From the NCBI GenBank assembly GCA_015711855.1, contig JACVJF010000002.1, positions 508 to 64,507 of the forward strand: DNA of 64,000 nucleotides, given 5' to 3'. The notes below the pieces were generated by a model. It did not search any database and was not told the DNA's origin. It worked only from the letters and a program-made list of their open reading frames with translations. Shown in pieces: positions 57,345 to 64,000 of this stretch. Positions within the stretch are counted from its first letter, which is position 1. Every line of letters begins with the position of its first letter. The DNA comes from Candidatus Solincola quzhuomuensis. Its GTDB lineage: Bacteria; Actinomycetota; Geothermincolia; Geothermincolales; RBG-13-55-18. The position numbers and the translations under genes were made by a program.

Positions 57345-59027
57345 ATGAGGAGGATGTCCGACCTGGAGGAGATCAAGAAAGCCCTTGAGGAGTGGAGGAA
57401 GAACAAAGAAGCCTGGCCGGAGCGCCGTGAGGCATTCCATACCGACGCCGGTATCCCGGTGAAGGACCTCTACACTCCACTGGACGTAGAGGGCATAGAT
57501 TACCTGCGCGATATCGGCTTCCCCGGACAACCCCCTTTCACCCGAGGGGTCTATCCCACCATGTACCGGGGGAGATTCTGGACCATCCGCATGTTTTCCG
57601 GGCACGGTACACCGGAGGAGACCAACGAGCGCTGGAAGCTGTTGTACAAGGAAGGGGAGACGGGTTTCTCCGCGGCGGTGGACTCCCTGACCTTCGCCGG
57701 GGTGGACCCCGACCAGGAGGTGGAGGGTGCCGCTCACGAGGTGGGCAAGGAAGGGGTGCCCCTGTATTCCATAAGGGGCGTGGAAGCCATGGTTAAGGAC
57801 CTGCCCATCGACCGCATGAGCGTGGCCCTGGTGGTGGAACCTCTCACCTCGGCGGCGGTAACCTCCATGTATTTCAACGTGGCCAAGGCCCGCGGCCTGC
57901 GCAAGGAACAGTTGGCCGGCACCACTCAGAACGACATACTGACCATGACCATCGGCTACATTCCATGGGGTTCACTGAAGCCCGCCGACCTTCTGAAACT
58001 GGCCTGCGACCTCATCGAGTACTGTACCCCCATGAAGGAGGCCCCCCGCTGGAATCCCATAAATTTCACCACCTACAACTACCGCGAGGGGGGCATAGAC
58101 GCCGTGCAGGAGATCGGCATGGGGTTGGCCAACGCCGTCGCCCACATCGAGGAGATGCTCCGCCGCGGTTGGAAGATAGACGACTTCGTACATCGTTTGG
58201 CCTTCCACCTCTCCGCGCACCGCGACTTCTTCGAGGAGATCGCCAAGTACCGTGCGGCGCGCAAGCTCTGGTACCGCCTGATGAAGGAGCGATATAAGCC
58301 GGAGAACCCCGAGGCCTACCGCTTCCGCTTCCACGTGCAGACGGCGGGTTGCTCACTTACCGCCCGGCAGCCCATGGTAAACATCATCCGCACCGCCTAT
58401 CAGGCCCTGGAAGCGGTGCTGGGTGGATGTCAATCCCTGCACACCAACTCCTACGACGAGGCCATCTGTCTGCCCTCCGAGGATGCCGTGCGCCTGGCGG
58501 TGCGGACCCAGGAGGTGCTCCAGGAGGAGACTGGGGTGGGCTCGGTCATCGACCCGCTGGCCGGGTCCTATTACGTGGAGGCCCTCACCCGAGAGTTGGA
58601 GGAACGCATCTGGGATTACTTCCTGAAAATTGAGGAGATGGGCGGGGTGGTGGAGGCCCTGAACACCGGTTGGCTTTTCGGGGAGATGAGCAAGGCCTTC
58701 AACAAGAGGAGGCGGGACCAGGAGAGCGGGGAGGAGAAGGTGATCGGGGTGAACTGTTACGTTCTGGAGGACGAGGAACCCACCCCACCCTTCCGTACCA
58801 ACCCCCGGGCCGCGGAGATCGAGAAGGAACGCCTTCGCCGGCTAAGGGAGGAGAGGGACGGCCGCAAGGTGGCCACCCTCCTGGATCAGCTGCGCCGGGT
58901 CTGCGAGCGCCGGGAGAACGTGCTCCCCGTGGTCAGCGAGCTCACCGCCGCCGGGGCCACCCTGGGGGAGATAACGTCCGTGTACCGCGAGATGTGGGGT
59001 GTATGGCAGCTTCCCTTCGTGGCCTAA
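57345..59027 (+). CDS. B12-dependent acyl-CoA mutase large (substrate-binding TIM-barrel) subunit, of the MCM / IcmA / HcmA family.
   Basis: FTRGVYPTMYRGRFWTIRMFSGHGTPEETNERWKLL and RGVEAM..PID are characteristic of the methylmalonyl-CoA mutase family. 560 aa, matching stand-alone large subunits such as IcmA/HcmA. Confidence 0.8.
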   Translation: MRRMSDLEEIKKALEEWRKNKEAWPERREAFHTDAGIPVKDLYTPLDVEGIDYLRDIGFPGQPPFTRGVYPTMYRGRFWTIRMFSGHGTPEETNERWKLLYKEGETGFSAAVDSLTFAGVDPDQEVEGAAHEVGKEGVPLYSIRGVEAMVKDLPIDRMSVALVVEPLTSAAVTSMYFNVAKARGLRKEQLAGTTQNDILTMTIGYIPWGSLKPADLLKLACDLIEYCTPMKEAPRWNPINFTTYNYREGGIDAVQEIGMGLANAVAHIEEMLRRGWKIDDFVHRLAFHLSAHRDFFEEIAKYRAARKLWYRLMKERYKPENPEAYRFRFHVQTAGCSLTARQPMVNIIRTAYQALEAVLGGCQSLHTNSYDEAICLPSEDAVRLAVRTQEVLQEETGVGSVIDPLAGSYYVEALTRELEERIWDYFLKIEEMGGVVEALNTGWLFGEMSKAFNKRRRDQESGEEKVIGVNCYVLEDEEPTPPFRTNPRAAEIEKERLRRLREERDGRKVATLLDQLRRVCERRENVLPVVSELTAAGATLGEITSVYREMWGVWQLPFVA

Positions 59028-59055
59028 GGGGGCGAATGGAACGGCGAGGGGGTAG

Positions 59056-59475
59056 ATGGGGATGGAGAAGAAGATCCGCGTGCTGCTCTTCAAACCCGGC
59101 CTGGACGGTCACTGGAGGGGCATTATGACCGTTTCCAAAGCCCTTTCCGAGGCGGGCATGGAGACCATCTTCTTCGGGTTCAAGAACGTGGACGGGGTGG
59201 TGGAAGCAGCCATCCAGGAGGACGTGGACGTCATCGGCTTCTCCTGTCATTCCGGTGCCCATTTGGAATGGTCCAGGGAACTGGTGCGGGAGCTGGAGGA
59301 GAAGGGGGTGAGGGACGATTTTCTCCTCCTCATCGGAGGGGTGTTTCCGGAACAGGATCACGAGGAGCTACGGCGCATAGGTATGGACGGCGTGTTCGGG
59401 CCGGGCACAAACACCGCAGATATCGTGAAGTTCATTAGAGAGAATTTGGAAAGCCGCGTCCAGAAAAGGGGATAG
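59056..59475 (+). CDS. Cobalamin-binding small subunit of the acyl-CoA mutase.
   Basis: IRVLLFKPGLDGHWRGIMTV (DxHxxG B12-binding motif) and SCHSGAHLEW...LLLIGG. 139 aa. Confidence 0.8.
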   Translation: MGMEKKIRVLLFKPGLDGHWRGIMTVSKALSEAGMETIFFGFKNVDGVVEAAIQEDVDVIGFSCHSGAHLEWSRELVRELEEKGVRDDFLLLIGGVFPEQDHEELRRIGMDGVFGPGTNTADIVKFIRENLESRVQKRG

Positions 59476-59561
59476 GAGAAAAACCCGTTATGCACCGAGG
59501 GCGATCCGCGCCTACCGGTGGTCAGCCGGTAAGGCGGAATCGAGGGTAAGGAGGTCCGGTA

Positions 59562-60827
59562 ATGGCGGGCAAGAGAAAGATAGGCAGGGGAGTGGCCATC
59601 GTGGGGGCCGGGATGTCCAGGTTCGGCATGTTCCAGGACAAGGACTCCAAAGACCTTTTCGCCGAGGCCTTCCGGGAACTTCTGGAAAGCGTGGACAAGG
59701 GGCTGGATCCCCGCGATATCCAGGCCATCTGGATCGGGAACTTCAGCAACGACTTCTTCGTCCACCAGGCCCACTGGGGACCCATCATCGCCGACCTGAC
59801 CGGCCTGGCGCCCCGGGCGGTGACCAGAACCGAAGGGGCTTGCGCTTCCAGTACCCTGGCGGTGCGGGACGGCATCATGGCCATCGCTTCCGGGATGTAC
59901 GACATCGTCCTGGCCGGTGGGGTGGAGGAGATGTCCAAGCGCACCACGGAAGAGGTCACCGAGGGGTTGGCCTTGGCCACCTCTCCATACGAGGGAGCGG
60001 CGGGATTCACCTTCCCCGGCGTCTTTGGGGCCTTGGCCAACGCGTACTTCCATAAATATGGGGCTAGTCGTGAGCATCTCATGAACGTCACCATCAAGAG
60101 CCATGAGAACGCCCCCCTCAACCCCAAAGGGCAGTTCAGGCAGACCATCCGGGATCTCATGGAGGCCAGGAAGGAAAAAGCTCGCCAGAAGGGACTGCCC
60201 GTGCCCGACTGGTCGGACGAGAAGGAAGCCCTCTTCGACCCCTCCTTTAACCCTCCGGTGGCCTGGCCCATGCACCTCTTCGACTGCTGCCCTATAAGCG
60301 ACGGCGCCAGCTGCGTCCTACTGGTGGCCGAGGAACTGGCCAAGAGCTTTACCGATGATCCCATTTACGTAGTGGGCTTCGGTCAGGGTAGCGGTAGAGG
60401 GCTGCACGCCTGCCCCAGCTTTACTTCCTTCGAGGCCAACCGCCAGGCGGCGGCGGAGGCCTACGGCATGTCCGGGCTGAAGCCCGAGGACGTCCAGTTC
60501 GCCGAGGTTCACGACTGCTTCAGCATCGCCGAGCTCATTCACATCGAGGACCTGGGCTTCTTTGGGGAAGGTGAGGCCTACAAGGCGGTGGCCGAAGGCG
60601 AGACCCGCAGGGAAGGTCGTATGCCCATCAACACCTCCGGGGGATTGAAGTGCAAAGGACACCCGGTGGGGGCCACCGGAGTGGCCCAGATGTACGAGGT
60701 GTGGAAACAGCTCCGCGGCGAAGCGGGCGAGAGGCAGATCCCGGGAAGGGACCTCTATATCGGCGCCACCCAGAACCTGGGGGGCACCGGAGGGACCTGC
60801 ACCTTCACCATCTTCGAGAGGAGGTAA
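59562..60827 (+). CDS. Thiolase-like protein (SCP-x / archaeal-type acetyl-CoA C-acyltransferase).
   Basis: VAIVGAGMSRFG, the TEGACASSTLAV active-site Cys region, and C-terminal NTSGGLKCKGHPVGATG. Confidence 0.8.
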   Translation: MAGKRKIGRGVAIVGAGMSRFGMFQDKDSKDLFAEAFRELLESVDKGLDPRDIQAIWIGNFSNDFFVHQAHWGPIIADLTGLAPRAVTRTEGACASSTLAVRDGIMAIASGMYDIVLAGGVEEMSKRTTEEVTEGLALATSPYEGAAGFTFPGVFGALANAYFHKYGASREHLMNVTIKSHENAPLNPKGQFRQTIRDLMEARKEKARQKGLPVPDWSDEKEALFDPSFNPPVAWPMHLFDCCPISDGASCVLLVAEELAKSFTDDPIYVVGFGQGSGRGLHACPSFTSFEANRQAAAEAYGMSGLKPEDVQFAEVHDCFSIAELIHIEDLGFFGEGEAYKAVAEGETRREGRMPINTSGGLKCKGHPVGATGVAQMYEVWKQLRGEAGERQIPGRDLYIGATQNLGGTGGTCTFTIFERR

Positions 60828-60831
60828 GGCC

Positions 60832-61248
60832 ATGGAAGAGAGGCCGATCAGTGACATCTCCTACCGCAAGTTCATCGAGGAGGGAAAGCTCATGGGATCA
60901 AGGTGCCGCGGGTGTGGAAAGATATACCATCCGCCGCGCCATCTCTGTGAGGACTGCTTCGGCACGGAAATGGAATGGCACGAGCTGAAGGGTGAGGGAG
61001 AGCTCACCACCTATACCTGCATCTTCGTGGTCCCTCCCTATATGGCCGAGGAGGGATACGGGAGGGAAAACCCATACTGCACGGGGGTGGTGACCCTCTC
61101 CGAAGGCCCGAGGGTCGTGGCCCGTATAGAGGGGGTGGACGCCAAAAACCCGGAGTCTATAAGGATAGGCATGCCGGTGAAGGCCGTGTTCAACCGCGTC
61201 GGGGAAGGGGAGAAGGCTCGAACCTATCTGGCCTTCCGCCCCGCCTGA
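60832..61248 (+). CDS. DUF35 family Zn-ribbon/OB-fold protein (thiolase partner).
   Basis: CRGCGKIYHPPRHLCEDC (rubredoxin-like Zn ribbon) followed by an OB-fold region. Immediately downstream of the thiolase, as in thiolase-DUF35 pairs. Confidence 0.7.
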   Translation: MEERPISDISYRKFIEEGKLMGSRCRGCGKIYHPPRHLCEDCFGTEMEWHELKGEGELTTYTCIFVVPPYMAEEGYGRENPYCTGVVTLSEGPRVVARIEGVDAKNPESIRIGMPVKAVFNRVGEGEKARTYLAFRPA

Positions 61249-61911
61249 ACCCCGGAATATGGGTTGCTCCCGCGGCAACATCCTGACCGCCGGAAAGAAA
61301 GGCGCCCTCCTTTCGGGAGAGCGCTTTTCCTTTGAGGCCACTGGTACCTTTAGTGCTTTTCGGGTCCATTAAAGAGAAGATCCCGGCATCGGCCTGCGGG
61401 GTGAAGAGCGTCCGTCCTCATCGGGAGGCGGGAGAGATGTCGTTGAGCCTCATGTCGGAAAGAAATGGAGGCCACGAGGCGTGATGCCAAATACGAGAAG
61501 CCGTCGGGGTTAAGGGAAAGTTTTCCGCTGGAGGAGGCCACGCAGAGAAGTCCTTGCTCCCGGGGGAAGAGCTGTATGGACTGGGCAGAGGTCGAACGCC
61601 TACTGGCGTTTAACTCCCAGAGGAGCTGGGCATCACGGCCGTTTTTACCCATTTAAAGTTCCCGCAGTTATGGGTCACCGCCCTCCCCGGGCTGGGGATG
61701 ATGACGCCCAAACAGTCAGCGGCCATCTGGGGTTGGTAGGTCCGCAGGAAGTCCAGCTCCACCAGTCTTCCGCCCATGCTGCTCACGTGGACCGCGCCGT
61801 TAAGGTACGCCACCGGACTATGCGTTTCCTAGACCAAATGGTAATAACCCTTTTCTTCTATAGAGAGCCGTTCAGCCGGGAAGCCATTTATGCCAATTTC
61901 GGAAAGAGCAT

Positions 61912-62022
61912 GTTCGATCTTTGGGCGGAGAACCCTTTCCGTTAGACCGGGAACCATGCGGCATTTAACTCCTTATTCCGAGGAGACACGTTCAATCTTT
62001 AGCGGAGAACCCTTCGATTCTT
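61912..62022 (+). repeat. Degenerate direct repeats (about 27 bp, TTCGATCTTTGGGCGGAGAACCCTT-like, 2-3 copies, period about 78 bp) inside an 870-bp gene-free gap.
   Basis: The copy at 61912-61938 and the copy at 61990-62014 share about 80% identity. A partial third copy starts at 62012. Confidence 0.4.
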
Positions 62023-62121
62023 GCCTCCGAAGACGGGAAAAGCTTCAGGGAAAACAGCCGTAACAGGACGCTCTGGGAATTCCGCCGATAATATATCTTA
62101 TGTAAAGTACTTTTTTCTCTC

Positions 62122-63843
62122 TCAGAGCTCGAAGGATTGGGCCAGCTCCCTCAGTTCCCTCCTCAGAATCTTTCCCGCGGCGCTGGCCGGAAGGGTCTCC
62201 ACAATCCGGAGGATCCTTATTTTCTTGTATTTGGCTAGCCTCTCGTTGGCATAGTCGAGAAGTTCCGACTCCGATACTTGAGCACCGGGTTTGAGTTCCA
62301 CGAAGGCCACGGGGACGTCGCCGTAACGCTCGTCGTACTTACCCACCACGGCCGACTGGGCAACAGCCGGATGGGAGTTGATTACTTCCTCCAAGTCGCG
62401 AGGATAGACGTTGTATCCCTTGTAGATGAGCATGTCCTTTTTTCGGTCCACTATGTAGAGGTAACCGTCCTCGTCGAAGCGGCCGATGTCCCCCGTATAG
62501 AGCCAACCGTCCCGCAGCACCTGGGCCGTCTCCTCCGGCTTGTTCCAGTAACCCTTCATGACCTGGGGACCCCTGATGCATATCTCCCCTATCTCCCCCA
62601 CCGGCATCTCCTTCTCCCCCGTCTCGGGATCCATTATCCTTATTTCCGTATCCTGTATGGGGAGACCCACCGAGCCCAGGCGAAAGTCCTCCCGGCTGGG
62701 GGGATTGGCGGCGCAGCCCATGGTGCATTCCGATAACCCATAGGCCTCGCATACCACGCCGGGTATCTTCTCCTGCATGGATTCCAATAGGTGCCGGGGT
62801 ATGGGAGCGGCCCCGGAGGCCACCATTTTTATCTCCGACATGTCTATCTCCTTGAAGAGGGGGTTCTCCACCAGCTGCACGAAGAGCTGGGGGGCTCCGC
62901 CGAAGACCGTTGCTCGGTATTTGTTGATGGCTTGCAGGTATTCGGTAGGGTCGAAGCGCGGGAAGACCACCAAGGTATTGCCCCCGATCATCTGCATGGT
63001 GAGATAACCGATCACCCCCATGGCATGGAACCAGGGGACCACGATGAGGGAGATCTCCGTCCCCTGACGGGTAGGATGATCCTCTTCCCTATCCCCTTCC
63101 AGACGCTTGACCCCGAACTTCCCGTCCCGGTAATCCACGTCCCCGCCGCCGAACCAGTAGGCAAACTGACAGCAGTTTACCACGGCGTTATAGTGGGTGA
63201 TCATCACGCCCTTGGGAGTCCCGGTGGTACCTCCGGTGTAAGCGATGTGAGCCAGGTCCTCACTGACGTTGAAATCCACTTGGGGAGGTTCCGGAGGGTG
63301 CTCGGCAAGGAGGGCGGAGAAATCGAGAGTTCCCTCCGGGGTGGGCTGCCTCTGCAGGAGCTTAGCGGGGGCGGAGACCGGAGGGTAGCAGTCAGCCAGG
63401 CTCACCATGATGACCCTCTTCACCGGGCTGCGGGGAATCACCGCCTGGGGAGCGGCGTAGAGCATGTCCAGACCGATGAAGGTCTCCACTCCGGCGTCGT
63501 TGAGCTGGAACTCGATCTCCCGTTCCGCCAGGAGGGGGCTCATGGGCACGAAGACGGCCCCCGCCTTGAGAAGACCGAAATAGGCGATGGCGAACTGGGG
63601 GCAGTTGGGTAGGTGTATGCCCACCCGGTCTCCCTTCTTCACTCCCAAGGAAGCCAAGGCGGCGGCGAAACGGTCGGACAGGTTATCCAATTCCTGATAG
63701 GTTATCTCCATGCCCCCGAAGATGATGGCGTTGCGCCATGGCCATTGCAGGGCGGCTGAGCGTAGGATCTGAAAGACGGGTACCTCGGGGTAAGAAAGGT
63801 TTTTAGGCACGCCTTTGGGCCAATACTTGTAATTCTTCTCCAT
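62122..63843 (-). CDS. AMP-forming acyl-CoA synthetase (fatty-acid--CoA ligase).
   Basis: YTGGTTGTPKGVMITH (AMP-binding signature), YGLSE, and GWLYTGDIG...YKGYNVYPRDLE. Confidence 0.9.
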   Translation of the reverse strand: MEKNYKYWPKGVPKNLSYPEVPVFQILRSAALQWPWRNAIIFGGMEITYQELDNLSDRFAAALASLGVKKGDRVGIHLPNCPQFAIAYFGLLKAGAVFVPMSPLLAEREIEFQLNDAGVETFIGLDMLYAAPQAVIPRSPVKRVIMVSLADCYPPVSAPAKLLQRQPTPEGTLDFSALLAEHPPEPPQVDFNVSEDLAHIAYTGGTTGTPKGVMITHYNAVVNCCQFAYWFGGGDVDYRDGKFGVKRLEGDREEDHPTRQGTEISLIVVPWFHAMGVIGYLTMQMIGGNTLVVFPRFDPTEYLQAINKYRATVFGGAPQLFVQLVENPLFKEIDMSEIKMVASGAAPIPRHLLESMQEKIPGVVCEAYGLSECTMGCAANPPSREDFRLGSVGLPIQDTEIRIMDPETGEKEMPVGEIGEICIRGPQVMKGYWNKPEETAQVLRDGWLYTGDIGRFDEDGYLYIVDRKKDMLIYKGYNVYPRDLEEVINSHPAVAQSAVVGKYDERYGDVPVAFVELKPGAQVSESELLDYANERLAKYKKIRILRIVETLPASAAGKILRRELRELAQSFEL

Positions 63844-64000
63844 GATTCCCCCTCCTTTGAATCAGCCGACCAGCCTTTGCCCGACTTCGGACGGTTCCGG
63901 GCCTGCTCATACCCCTTTGTGGGATTTTACCTTACCCTGATGTTAAACCAAATGGGTGGTTCGTTCCAGGTCTGTGACCTCTATTCCGCCAGCCAACCCG

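Noticed and set aside
61912-62022. CRISPR array.
   Set aside because: Only 2-3 degenerate repeat copies with irregular spacing and no cas genes in the window. Kept as an unexplained repeat, not a CRISPR call.

Overview
This 64-kb window is a densely coded, high-GC (about 63%) bacterial chromosomal segment with about 58 genes, nearly all on the + strand. Gene order looks like Firmicutes/Clostridia: (xseB)-dxs-tlyA-nadK-recN; scpA-scpB-rluB; aroH ... DAHP synthase-tyrA-aroA-cmk-DUF512-der-plsY-gpsA. Most of the window is housekeeping: isoprenoid, nucleotide, aromatic amino acid and lipid metabolism, tRNA/rRNA modification, chromosome segregation, and a ZnuABC-like metal transporter. I found no rRNA, tRNA or CRISPR array. 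Six things stand out. (1) An nrdR-nrdD-redoxin-nrdG anaerobic ribonucleotide reductase operon whose NrdD is interrupted by a 222-aa mini-intein. (2) A radical SAM/SPASM enzyme with an N-terminal extension about 100 aa long, a 24-codon ORF just upstream, and an unknown helical protein translationally coupled to deoB downstream. (3) A TetR/PadR-associated acyl-CoA cluster with a two-subunit B12-dependent acyl-CoA mutase, an acyl-CoA dehydrogenase (ACAD), an SDR reductase, a thiolase + DUF35 pair and an acyl-CoA ligase. (4) A 5'-partial archaeal-type PEP carboxylase at the window start. (5) An 870-bp gene-free gap between convergent genes that carries degenerate direct repeats. (6) A strongly AT-rich stretch just upstream of nrdR. 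Many long antisense ORFs in the six-frame track are high-GC artefacts and were rejected.
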